Of a stretch of DNA of 64,000 bases, positions 45,565 to 55,103 are shown in pieces. Origin of the DNA: Ktedonobacterales bacterium (GTDB taxonomy: Bacteria; Chloroflexota; Ktedonobacteria; Ktedonobacterales; JADMIN01); the NCBI GenBank assembly GCA_030167145.1, contig CP126532.1, forward strand, positions 4,675,189-4,739,188, written 5' to 3'. The stretch's first letter is position 1; each line of letters starts with the position of its first letter. Below the pieces are notes generated by a model, which did not search any database, was not told the DNA's origin, and worked only from the letters and a program-made list of their open reading frames with translations. Position numbers and translations under genes: made by a program.

Positions 45565-46517
45565 GGGCGCGCCGCCTTTGCCACTGCGCTCCGCTTGCGA
45601 CCGCCGAAGAGCCAGCGCAACGCGCGGCGCGGATAGATGATGGGCGCGAACACCACGAGGAGCAGCAGACGCAGCATGCTCATGAACCAGCGCGGCGGGA
45701 ATGGACGCACGTCATAGCCCAGCACCCGCGCCACGCCGTTTGCCACGGCAAAATAGAGCGTGACAATGGGCGCTGCCAGTGCGGCGAGATAGAGGAACAG
45801 CAGCAGCGGCCAGAACCGAAGCGCGAAAAGACCTGCGCCCACGAGGATCGGGCGTACGGTCAGCCAGTCGCCTTCCCAGCCGAGCAGGCTGGCGCCGGTC
45901 GCCAGCACCCATGCCCCGGAGTTGAGTCCGTTGCGTAGTTCATCCACAATATCGTGCGCGGGAAGGCCGGCAAACAGGATGACAGCAAATGTGGCGGCAA
46001 ACGCGGCGAGTGTAACCAGCAAGGTGCCTGCGGCCAACACAAGTGGCGCGCGCATACGTCGCTTCATCATCACGCCAATGAGCAGGCCGACGAGGGCACG
46101 CAATCCCATACGCCAGCCGAAATGCGGTCCGGCGATCACCGTAACGAGAAACATCGCGACAGCGCCCGCCAGCAAGGTCGCGCGGGGGCCACGGCGCAGC
46201 GTGAGGATGACAAATGGGGTGGGAATGGCGGGTTCGAGTACGGTGCCGACGATCGGGAGGTAGATGGAGGCAAGGTCGAGTACTACACCGACATCGGCAA
46301 GCAATCCGCCCTCCGCCAGCCCCACCGCGTCTAGCCAGCCGCTGCCAGGTCGGACGGCGCTCTGCACGCGCTCCTGTTTGACCGCTGACGTTGTGGAGAC
46401 GAGTGGGCGTGTGACTGGTGCGGCAAAGTGATGTGCGCTCGGCGCTTGGGACGCTGCACGGGGTGTCGCCTCACCCGACTGGAGCGATTCCTGCACGTTC
46501 AGAGTGCGCCTCCTCAT
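45561..46517 (-). CDS. Hypothetical multi-pass membrane protein, first gene of the ecfA1A2T operon (possible substrate-capture component)
   Basis: About 75-aa polar N-terminus, then 6-7 hydrophobic helices. Its stop overlaps the ecfA1 start by 4 nt. No family recognised. Confidence 0.5.
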   Translation of the reverse strand: MRRRTLNVQESLQSGEATPRAASQAPSAHHFAAPVTRPLVSTTSAVKQERVQSAVRPGSGWLDAVGLAEGGLLADVGVVLDLASIYLPIVGTVLEPAIPTPFVILTLRRGPRATLLAGAVAMFLVTVIAGPHFGWRMGLRALVGLLIGVMMKRRMRAPLVLAAGTLLVTLAAFAATFAVILFAGLPAHDIVDELRNGLNSGAWVLATGASLLGWEGDWLTVRPILVGAGLFALRFWPLLLFLYLAALAAPIVTLYFAVANGVARVLGYDVRPFPPRWFMSMLRLLLLVVFAPIIYPRRALRWLFGGRKRSAVAKAARP

Positions 46518-46652
46518 CTCTCTTGCGTCGCTGTTCTTCGTGCTATTCTACAGCGTGTGGGAGCGCTGGGCCTATGAACTATGTCATATGTCTGGCAGAT
46601 GTGCGAGATGAGCGCTCCGTCGAAGAGTCACGTATAGGCGAGAGCAGGTAGT

Positions 46653-47309
46653 ATGTCGGAAACCAAGGCGCAAGAGACGGACGATCAGCGACCGTCGCAG
46701 GCATATGCTGAGCCAGGAGTGGACCCTGGCGAAAGCCCGTGGCGCACGGTGGCGGGGCGCGAAGTATATCGCAACCCCTGGTTGGCAGTGACAGAATACA
46801 GCGTGATACGGCCAGATGGCCTGCCAGGCATCTATGGTGTCACGGATCCAGGGGCAAACGCCACGATTGTTGCGCTGGATGAGCGGCAGAACGTGTGCCT
46901 CGTGGGGCAGTTCGTCTACCCGGTGCGGCGCTATCTGTGGTCGCTGCCGAGCGGGCGGGTGGATGATGGCGAAGATCCACTGCTGGCGGCGCGGCGTGAA
47001 CTGGCGGAGGAAGCTGGCCTGACTGCCAGGGTGTGGACGCTGCTCGGCATGTACTATTTGAGTCCGGGCATTTCAACGCAGGCGACATTCATCTATCTTG
47101 CCCGTGACATGACGGCGGGTACGCCGCAGCCAGAGGGCACGGAACGCATCTCGCTCAAGCACATGCCCCTATCCGCAGCGGTGGAATCCTGCTTGCGAGG
47201 CGAGATTTGCGATGCGGTCAGTGTGCTGGGTCTGTGGCGCGCACAGGCGCTGCTGCGTGCGGAGGATGATGGGGGACGATCCACGCGCTCAGTCGTCGGC
47301 GACCCGTAG
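46653..47309 (+). CDS. NUDIX hydrolase (ADP-ribose pyrophosphatase-like)
   Basis: Nudix box GRVDDGEDPLLAARRELAEEAGL. Confidence 0.85.
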   Translation: MSETKAQETDDQRPSQAYAEPGVDPGESPWRTVAGREVYRNPWLAVTEYSVIRPDGLPGIYGVTDPGANATIVALDERQNVCLVGQFVYPVRRYLWSLPSGRVDDGEDPLLAARRELAEEAGLTARVWTLLGMYYLSPGISTQATFIYLARDMTAGTPQPEGTERISLKHMPLSAAVESCLRGEICDAVSVLGLWRAQALLRAEDDGGRSTRSVVGDP

Positions 47310-50300
47310 CGCCTGTCCGCCTAATCGCGTTGTGCGGGCGCGGATGAGTGTTAGCCCAGCTATGAACGCGACTACCAGCGCGACGTACAGAATCGCCAGG
47401 GTAAGCGGGTTGAACACTAACATGTATGGTGGCATCATCGGCCCAGACGAGCCAGCCGCCGCGCCCGCGAACTGGAGAAATGGCAGAGTGACGGTGGTGA
47501 GCAGATAACCGAGCGCTGTGCCTGCTAGCAGGCTGAAAGCGTAGACCGCCCACTGTTGCCAGAGGACGATGCCTGTGAGCTGGCGATCACTGCCGCCGAG
47601 CGCGTGCAGGACGGCGAACTGCGCGTAGCGTCGGCGCGCGGAGACACCGCTTTGCGCAATGCTGGCGAAGATGCCTAGAAAAGCGGCCATGGCGACACCA
47701 ATGAGCAGAAGTTTGCCCAGGCCAGCAGTTATGGGATCGTTGCTACTGGTCTGGGCCAGAGTGCTGCGGTCCACGACGGAACCCAGTAGCAGACTCGGAT
47801 CGGAGAGCGCGCGGCTGCGCGCCGCGCTGGTATCTGGTGAGCCATCTGTATGAAGCCAGTATTCCGTTGGGCCAGTGATGCCGAGATTGCCGATTTGGGG
47901 ATTATTGTACGCTGCAAACAAGTCTTGTTCATCCAGAATCACGTAGCCGCCCTCTGGTGTGTCATACATCGTGGGAAAGGCGGTGACCACTGCGCCGACG
48001 ACACAAGAGACCAGATATACCCCACCTTCCTGTGGGTTGATGGCGAAGCGATCACCAGCCTTGAGGTGCAGATCTTGAGCGAAGGTGGTGTTCACGATGG
48101 CCCATATCGGCGCAGATGTCTCGCCCGCTGCCGAACTACCCATATGTGCGCGCATTGTCGTCATCAAGTTGGGTAGTGGATCCGCCGCGAAATCCGCACG
48201 CCAGTAGGCCACCTGTGCGAAGGTTGCCGGGTCAATTCCTAGCAGGTTTACGAGGCTATTGCCAGTATCGGGCGACGTGTGGGCCTGCGTCCGGTAGATG
48301 GGCGTCTCGGCGCGCACGCCGGGCAACTTGCGGAGTGTCGCACCTAGGTTGCTGGCATAGGTGGTTTTCTGCGCCACGTCTTTCAGGGCCACTTGTGTAT
48401 CGCCGCCGACGGTGTAGGCAACACGGTCCTGGGCATTGCGCGCCAGAGACCCAGCAAAGCCAAGCGAGAAGAGACCCATACCCACACAGACAGTGAGCAG
48501 CAAGGCCAGCCGGGTGTATTGCGCTGTGGCGCGCGCCATCTGTGCGAAGGCCAGCACACCTACCGCGCCACGCCCGCGTTTAGCCATCTGCGCGCCCACC
48601 GCCGCGCCAACAGGGAACATACGCAACAATAGCAATCCCCCGGCAAAGAGCGATAGCACCGGCACAAGCGCGAAGATCGGATCCGCCGTTCCCGCGGGGT
48701 TTTGCTGGCCGAGGATGCTGCGCGCCTGGAATGTGCCCAACTGTGTCAGGTCTACGTAGCCAGCGATGCAGAGCACGGCGAGAATGACATCGAGATACAG
48801 CCGCTGCCAGAGCGGACGGCGAGTCGCGCGGGCCTGTTCACGCCTGAATGCGCCAACATCGAGCCGGGCCGCGCGGAAGGCGCCGATGACCACAGCGCCG
48901 ATTCCGCAGAGCGCGGCGATGATGGCTGCTTGTGTGGCGCTGCCGGGGGAGGCGACCAGGGAGATGTAGGAGCTATCTACGGGCGCGCCAATCCACCGTG
49001 CAAGCAGCAGCATGAGGCCAGCCGCGATAGTGGGGCCGATAATCGCAGCCAGCACGGCGAATAGGCTGCCCTGCAATGTATATGCGCTCACTACCTGAAT
49101 ACCGCTGGCGCCACGACTCGTCAGCGTGGCGATTTCGCCTTCGGAGTCGTCAATCAGCAGGCTGGCCATCGTGATCGAGAAGAGCAAAGCGACGCCAGCT
49201 AGCTCTGCTACGACCATCGTGAGAGGCAGCGCCAGCAGTGCCATCTCGCTCAGCAGCGAGGTGATGAGTTTGTCGAGATTGGTGCTGACGACGATACTCC
49301 GCAGATTGGCGGCTCCTGTTTGGGCGTCGAGCCTGGTACGCAGTTGTCCAATGTGATTGGCCACGCCATGGATATTCTGAACGGTGAGCGCGTGTGCGTT
49401 GGTAGTGTAGAGATAGTCAAGCCGCATGCCTGTAGTTGCGGCGAAGCCTGCCGATGGCGTTGCTACGCCAAGCTGGGTGAGCGCCGAGAAAAAGCCGTCA
49501 CTGGTGAAGAGCAGCGGGAAGAGTGGCGGCGGTGGTGGTGGGGAATCGAGAAGGCCCTGGTCGTGCGTATCAAAGGACTGGCCGCCCCAGAAGGCTTCGT
49601 TGGGATTCTTGGGAAACCAGACGCCGACGATGCGAACGGTGACGAACTGGCCAGTGGCGCTGAGCGGAGACAGGGTGATTGTGTCGCCGGTTTTCACACC
49701 GAGTTTTGGAGTAGCGAGCGCCTCCAAGGGCTGCCCGGCGGGCACGTCTTGCGGCAGCCTGCCCGAAAAGAAATGCATATGTGGTGCGCTGGCGGTGTAG
49801 TCCAGCACATAGGGAAGAGCGGCTGAGGTGTCCAGTCCAACCTGGTGAATCGCCTTCTGGCTGCCGTTGAGGCTCTGGAAGCGAAAATTGGCGAGCGAGG
49901 CCCAGCGCCATGTGCTGGCCGTCACGTAGCCGCCCAGCGTTGTCGTTACCTCATCGTCAACCAGACCACTTACGTTGCTCGCTTCCATTGGATAGACAAA
50001 GTTTGAGACAGCGCCTATGTCCATATTGACCTGGGTAGCGGGCGCCTGCGCCAGTGTGGCTTGAAGCTCAATGTTGGACATAAGGCTGGTGTAGAGCGGC
50101 AGCCCGCAGATTAGTATGCTTGCCAGCAGACTGCCCACGTTCACAGCGAAAAGTGAGCGCAGATTGGTGCGCGCACGCAGACCCGCCAGCCGGGCACCAG
50201 CCAGCGGCCCCACCCAGCGCATTCGCCACATGCGACGATCACGCTGTTCCTGACGTACTGTTACGCCGTCAGGTGTGGTAGGTGGTGGCTCCACTTGTGG

Positions 50301-50312
50301 AATACCGGTCAT
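47289..50312 (-). CDS. FtsX/MacB-type ABC transporter permease, duplicated (two FtsX domains), 1007 aa
   Basis: Two blocks of four TM helices preceded by large extracytoplasmic domains. FtsX-like segments (ATLTSRGASGIQV; VLHALGGSDRQL). GAGGAG SD. Confidence 0.8.
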   Translation of the reverse strand: MTGIPQVEPPPTTPDGVTVRQEQRDRRMWRMRWVGPLAGARLAGLRARTNLRSLFAVNVGSLLASILICGLPLYTSLMSNIELQATLAQAPATQVNMDIGAVSNFVYPMEASNVSGLVDDEVTTTLGGYVTASTWRWASLANFRFQSLNGSQKAIHQVGLDTSAALPYVLDYTASAPHMHFFSGRLPQDVPAGQPLEALATPKLGVKTGDTITLSPLSATGQFVTVRIVGVWFPKNPNEAFWGGQSFDTHDQGLLDSPPPPPPLFPLLFTSDGFFSALTQLGVATPSAGFAATTGMRLDYLYTTNAHALTVQNIHGVANHIGQLRTRLDAQTGAANLRSIVVSTNLDKLITSLLSEMALLALPLTMVVAELAGVALLFSITMASLLIDDSEGEIATLTSRGASGIQVVSAYTLQGSLFAVLAAIIGPTIAAGLMLLLARWIGAPVDSSYISLVASPGSATQAAIIAALCGIGAVVIGAFRAARLDVGAFRREQARATRRPLWQRLYLDVILAVLCIAGYVDLTQLGTFQARSILGQQNPAGTADPIFALVPVLSLFAGGLLLLRMFPVGAAVGAQMAKRGRGAVGVLAFAQMARATAQYTRLALLLTVCVGMGLFSLGFAGSLARNAQDRVAYTVGGDTQVALKDVAQKTTYASNLGATLRKLPGVRAETPIYRTQAHTSPDTGNSLVNLLGIDPATFAQVAYWRADFAADPLPNLMTTMRAHMGSSAAGETSAPIWAIVNTTFAQDLHLKAGDRFAINPQEGGVYLVSCVVGAVVTAFPTMYDTPEGGYVILDEQDLFAAYNNPQIGNLGITGPTEYWLHTDGSPDTSAARSRALSDPSLLLGSVVDRSTLAQTSSNDPITAGLGKLLLIGVAMAAFLGIFASIAQSGVSARRRYAQFAVLHALGGSDRQLTGIVLWQQWAVYAFSLLAGTALGYLLTTVTLPFLQFAGAAAGSSGPMMPPYMLVFNPLTLAILYVALVVAFIAGLTLIRARTTRLGGQALRVADD

Positions 50313-50370
50313 GTGTGGGTCTCCTCATGGCCTTGCGTATACGGGTATAACGTGGGAGACCAGTAAGTTA

Positions 50371-53300
50371 TTACACATGCGCGCGTACATAATCCGCTAC
50401 AACAGGAACGGGGTGAGCGGGCACTGCTGATGCCTCGTTGGGTGCTTCATCGGGGTCAGCAGGGCAAACATCGCGAAAGGCGCAGGCGGCGCAGTGGCCG
50501 CCAACCTTCGGTGCGAAGCGTTTTTGTTCGATGCCGAGCGCCGCCGCATCGAGTTTCTGCAGCCGTGACGTCCCTTTGCCTTGGACCGCTTTGAGGTATC
50601 TTTCCGCGTCTTTCTGCGCTTTCTCGGTCACATCGAGTAATCCGCCAGGTGAGCCATCTGGCGTTTCATCAGCCAGCGCATTGCCCACGTAGGCCAGTGC
50701 GATCTTGATGGGTGCCTGGGGGTGGAACTGGTGATAGGCCAGATAGTAAAGGGCAGGATCCATGTCCTTCTCATAATGATCGGGCGATGGACGGCCCGTA
50801 TGTAGCTGTACCAACAGCACCTCGGCATCGGCTGGGCGAGTTGGATCCGTGTGTACAAGCCGGTCGGCGGTGAGCTTTACCCGACACGCGGTGAGATTCG
50901 CATAGAGATCATGCGCCAGCGTCACTCGCTCACGCGTATCGGCCTCGCGCTCAGCGGTCAGCCGCTGCCACTCTTCGCGTAGGATGGCTTCCGCGTGCCG
51001 CCAATAATAGGCATCATAGGCGTGGCCAGCCGGACCATCGGTTTGCCAGCTCGCGCGCAGGTGTACCTCGGCGTCTTGCCACGTCGCCTGCGGCGCGGCT
51101 TCGCATAGAGCACGCAGATCGCGTATGCCGTGGCGGACGTAACGGTGGAAGCGGTACACGGCATTCTCAGTGGGATCAAGAAGTCCATAATCATGGGCAT
51201 ACTTGTACTGGCGCGGACAGCCAATGTATTGTTCCAGCGCGTGAAGCGAATGCGTAGGCTTGACGTCGCGCTGCGTGTTCATTTCTGGCGGTAGGGTCCC
51301 GCCGTATTCGTCGTTTGACTCGTCCTCTTCGCTATCCTCCTCATCTGATTCGTTGTCGGGCGCGGCGAGGAGGGCCATCGCATCGTCTGAGTGTGGTGAA
51401 GGCGCGTTCTGGTATGCTGGCGCTTCGTCGAGCAGGCTGAGCAGTCGTGACGGAGCGGCGGCGCTTTTGCCGTAGTGTAGCGCTCGCGTCAGTACGACCG
51501 TGTCGCGTGCGCGCGTAACGCCGACATAGAAGAGGCAGCGATCATCATCTCCGTCGGCATCCGCAGTGTCATCTACATGGAATCCCGGTGGCGCGGGATC
51601 CGGGCGGCGGTTGTTCCTCGTTGGAAACTGGCCTTGCGCAAGCCGGGGCAGATAGACCACAGGAAATTCGAGTCCTTTGCTGGCGTGGATAGTGAGAACC
51701 GCCACAGCATTTGGATCGCTCGCGGGCACGCTGATCTCTGCCTCTGCCAGCCGCAACGCGCCGAGGTAATGCAAGAAGCACGAGGCGGCGGACGCGCTCT
51801 CCGTATCCGCCGCTATGGCTGGTGTGCCAGCAGTGGTGGGCGCAACATCGGCATCGGGTGGAAGCTCCAGCGCATCGGCGGCGGGAAACGCTGAGGAAGG
51901 TACAGCCGCAGATATAGATGCCTGTGGAGCGGGAGCGCTGTGCCGAACGGCGCGAATGAGACGTGCGCGGAAATCCTCTTCGCGTGCCCATCGGGAATCA
52001 AAGCGCGCTGCCAGCCGCACCAGCTCGCCAAGCGCCGCCAGCGCGGCGCGCGCCTGGCCCGCATGCGCCAGGGCAGGACTCGGTATAAACATGCTGCTCA
52101 TATTGGTAGGCAGCGGAAGGCCATCCGCGACGCAGGCCAGCGCCCATGCGTAACCTCTGGGGCGCAGCAGGAAGCTCGCTAACTGGTCGCTCACGCGCGG
52201 CCCATAGCGCAGCTTTGTTACTACGTTGGCGAGTGTACCCAGGCCCAATCGAGTCTCGTCCCGTATTTGCGCAATGCCCGCTAGACGTGCGGGCAGCGTC
52301 GCCAGCCCTCTGGGCATGGCCTCGTGCATGGCCACAGCTTCACGAATCAGCAGCGCATGCTCGCGTGGCCCTGGCGGCACATGACCCAGGTCTGCCAGTA
52401 GTGCGTCAACCCGTAGCAAGCCACGGCAATCGGGACCAGTGGCAAGGGCCAGCAGTGCCAGTATGTCCTTCACTTCGGGTCGTGCGAAGAAGTTGCCCTG
52501 CTGGCTCACGGGTATCTCGTTCTCTGCGAGCGCCGTCGCGAGCGCCGCTACCTGCTTATTGGAACGGCAGAGCACAGCCTGGTCACGGTATGATGTGCCT
52601 GCCGCATGCCGCTGGGCAATCGTCGCGGCGAGGCCCACGCCCTCGGCTGCGGCAGTGGGATACGCTTCGCAGCGCAGAACTGCTGGGTCTGCGATTGCGC
52701 TCCGTACAGGGACGAGTGCCACCGGTTGGGCCAGCGCGCTTGGGTCGGGTGCTAGTTCGGCCATGCGCGCGGCCATGGTGGATCCCATGGCGACAATGCC
52801 GGGCACCGAGCGATAGCAATAGCGCAATGTGTGGACGTGCAACGCGGGATAGTGCTGGCGCAAGAGGCTCAGATTCGCTGGTGACGCACCCCGCCAGCGA
52901 TAGATGGACTGGTTACGGTCGCCGACAACCCATAGCCCTGCGCCGGTGTCGCCTGCGAGCAGCAGCAAAAGCTCACCGGCCGCGCGATTAGTATCCTGGA
53001 ACTCATCCACGAGAATGTTGCGGTAGCGCTGGCGCACTTCGGCCAGTACGGCAGGGCGAGCATGCAACATCTCGACCGCGCGCTGAATCAAGCCACCGAA
53101 ATCCACCAGTCCGCGACGATGCAAAGCGCGATCCCAGACGCCATAGGCTAGCGCACGTTCGTGTGCTTTGTCGATCTGGTCTTTAGAGTAGGTTCCCTCT
53201 GGAATCTCTTGCTTCGGCTTGTTCTTGCGCTTCGTTCCGGCGTTCGCGTCATGGAGTGGTTCTGGTGCGGACTGCATCGTCGCAACCAGCGCCAGGTAGC

Positions 53301-54444
53301 CATCGGGGGTGTGCAGTTCGTCACGTGCCCGTGAGAAGTCGTCCAGTAAGGTCGTGAGATGACGGGTGGGATTGCCGAGCGAGCGATAGAAGCGTAGCGG
53401 CAACTCAGCCAGCAAGTCTTCCATCAGCAGCAGCGCATCGGCCCTATCGAGGATGCGGAAGTCTGGGGTAAGCGGTGGCTCATCTGGGGCGTGGGGCGCC
53501 TGAGTCGCGAACTCGCGCAGGAGCGTTGCGGCGAGAGCGTGGATGGTCATGACAGGCATGCGTTCGCCGTGAAGGTCATGCAGCGAGAGCCGTTCGCGCA
53601 TCTCACCCGCTGCGCGATTCGAGAAGGTGAGCGCCAGGATAGATTCAGGACGCTCACCGCATTCGAGCAGCAGATATGCCGCGCGACCCACGAGCGTTTT
53701 TGTCTTACCGGTGCCCGGCCCGGCCACAATCAGCGCAGGGCCAGATGTGCGCGCGGCGGCGCGTTGCGAGTCATCCAGCGCGGAGAGCAGCTCTGACGGT
53801 TCCCCTGGCATTGGCGCGCTGGTCTCGGCTGCGGGTGGGACGGTATCGGGTTTGAGTGCGGAGAGCACCGCATCCACCAGGCGCTGGCGCATGAGCGGCG
53901 TAGAAATGCCGAAGCGCCTGGCAAGCGTCACGGCATCGGACAGTGCGGATGCGGTGAAGCAGCGCCGCACCTCAGCGCAAGGGGCGAGCAATTCCGCGGC
54001 GAATGCGTTGGCCTCTAATTCACGACGAGCGCGCGGTGTGTATTCTTCGACGCGATGGGGTTCAATCCTTAGTCCGCTGGTATCGGGCGTCTCATTCACT
54101 TCGTCTTCTTCGCAGGCTTCCTCGCGCGCCGCCAGTTCCCCGCGATGCAATACGTAGTGCCCTAACTCGTGCGCAATGGCGAAAAGTTCTTGTTCTTGTG
54201 AAAGTCCCGCGCGCAGATGTATGACACCTTCTTGGGGGGTATCCCAGTCGAAGAGCTGAAGTCGCGCATATGCGCCGCCAAGGACACCATTAGTGGTGGC
54301 CTGCGGCGAAATCTCGATGCAACGCATCTCGCAGAGCAAGCGCAACACCACGCGGGCGTGGGGCACGTCATCCCAAGTACGCATCGCCAGTGCGTGCGAC
54401 CGCAACGCGCGCGCGGCTTGCGCGATGACTTCCATACGCTCCAT
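50371..54444 (-). CDS. Fusion protein: ImmA/IrrE-type (M78) metallopeptidase + UvrD/Rep SF1 helicase + Cas4/AddB-like Fe-S (PD-(D/E)XK-derived) domain
   Basis: HELGH (54157-54171) plus E..AN.FA.ELL.P. Helicase motifs AGPGTGKT, LTFSNRAAGEM, VDEFQDTN, VVGDRNQSIYRWRGA and YVGVTRARD. The C-terminal domain has CPRQYKY ... ADRLV ... LLVQLHTGR ... ALYYLAY ... CAACAFRDVC. Confidence 0.85.
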   Translation of the reverse strand: MERMEVIAQAARALRSHALAMRTWDDVPHARVVLRLLCEMRCIEISPQATTNGVLGGAYARLQLFDWDTPQEGVIHLRAGLSQEQELFAIAHELGHYVLHRGELAAREEACEEDEVNETPDTSGLRIEPHRVEEYTPRARRELEANAFAAELLAPCAEVRRCFTASALSDAVTLARRFGISTPLMRQRLVDAVLSALKPDTVPPAAETSAPMPGEPSELLSALDDSQRAAARTSGPALIVAGPGTGKTKTLVGRAAYLLLECGERPESILALTFSNRAAGEMRERLSLHDLHGERMPVMTIHALAATLLREFATQAPHAPDEPPLTPDFRILDRADALLLMEDLLAELPLRFYRSLGNPTRHLTTLLDDFSRARDELHTPDGYLALVATMQSAPEPLHDANAGTKRKNKPKQEIPEGTYSKDQIDKAHERALAYGVWDRALHRRGLVDFGGLIQRAVEMLHARPAVLAEVRQRYRNILVDEFQDTNRAAGELLLLLAGDTGAGLWVVGDRNQSIYRWRGASPANLSLLRQHYPALHVHTLRYCYRSVPGIVAMGSTMAARMAELAPDPSALAQPVALVPVRSAIADPAVLRCEAYPTAAAEGVGLAATIAQRHAAGTSYRDQAVLCRSNKQVAALATALAENEIPVSQQGNFFARPEVKDILALLALATGPDCRGLLRVDALLADLGHVPPGPREHALLIREAVAMHEAMPRGLATLPARLAGIAQIRDETRLGLGTLANVVTKLRYGPRVSDQLASFLLRPRGYAWALACVADGLPLPTNMSSMFIPSPALAHAGQARAALAALGELVRLAARFDSRWAREEDFRARLIRAVRHSAPAPQASISAAVPSSAFPAADALELPPDADVAPTTAGTPAIAADTESASAASCFLHYLGALRLAEAEISVPASDPNAVAVLTIHASKGLEFPVVYLPRLAQGQFPTRNNRRPDPAPPGFHVDDTADADGDDDRCLFYVGVTRARDTVVLTRALHYGKSAAAPSRLLSLLDEAPAYQNAPSPHSDDAMALLAAPDNESDEEDSEEDESNDEYGGTLPPEMNTQRDVKPTHSLHALEQYIGCPRQYKYAHDYGLLDPTENAVYRFHRYVRHGIRDLRALCEAAPQATWQDAEVHLRASWQTDGPAGHAYDAYYWRHAEAILREEWQRLTAEREADTRERVTLAHDLYANLTACRVKLTADRLVHTDPTRPADAEVLLVQLHTGRPSPDHYEKDMDPALYYLAYHQFHPQAPIKIALAYVGNALADETPDGSPGGLLDVTEKAQKDAERYLKAVQGKGTSRLQKLDAAALGIEQKRFAPKVGGHCAACAFRDVCPADPDEAPNEASAVPAHPVPVVADYVRAHV

Positions 54445-55103
54445 TAGCTCGCTGCCTCGCGAGCGATGATCTCAGCCCACTCGCGTTTCTGGTCGGGCGC
54501 GAGCATGCTGCTCTGGATAGCGCTGGCGAACGACTCCTGGCCGGGTTGCGGAGGTGAGTCGGCGTAGAAGAAGGCGTTCGCCTGAACGGGCTTGCCCAGA
54601 TAGGCGCTGACGGCGTCTTCTGGCGCGTGCAGCGTCTCAGCCAGCCGTTTGACAAGTTCGCGGGGGATATCGCCAGGGGTGATCGCGCGTAAGTCGAGCT
54701 TGCCCACAATCGCCATGTTCAGGCCCACTGCCGCGCCGAGTTTCGACATAGTGAGTCCAACCGCTCTCGCGCTCCGGGCCAGACTGAGGATGCGTGTTTC
54801 CGCTGCTGGCGCAGATGCACTCTGGCGTGCGTTTGCCAGCACGCGCTGGGCAGCGGGCGAAAGTGCGGATGCGCGAGTCTCCTCAACAGGCGGGAGGTGG
54901 GCCGTCACCGCATGGAAGAACAGCGCGAACTCTATCAATTCGGCTGCATAGTCGGGATAGCGCCGTACATAGTCCTCGACATTGGGAGACTTGCCAGCAT
55001 GGTATTCGTTTGTATATTGGGCGGTGATGCTATCCAATGTGTCTTCGCGTAGCGCCTGCTCACGTTGCTGATTCGCATTCAGGTTTCGATTTCGCTTAGC
55101 CAT
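54444..55103 (-). CDS. XRE-like helix-turn-helix protein (219 aa), candidate substrate/partner of the fused ImmA protease
   Basis: HTH-like segment ARAVGLTMSKLGAAVGLNMAIVGKLD. The ATG at 55103 is preceded by GAGGAGG and overlaps the upstream stop. Its own stop overlaps the downstream ATG (TAATG). Confidence 0.6.
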   Translation of the reverse strand: MAKRNRNLNANQQREQALREDTLDSITAQYTNEYHAGKSPNVEDYVRRYPDYAAELIEFALFFHAVTAHLPPVEETRASALSPAAQRVLANARQSASAPAAETRILSLARSARAVGLTMSKLGAAVGLNMAIVGKLDLRAITPGDIPRELVKRLAETLHAPEDAVSAYLGKPVQANAFFYADSPPQPGQESFASAIQSSMLAPDQKREWAEIIAREAAS

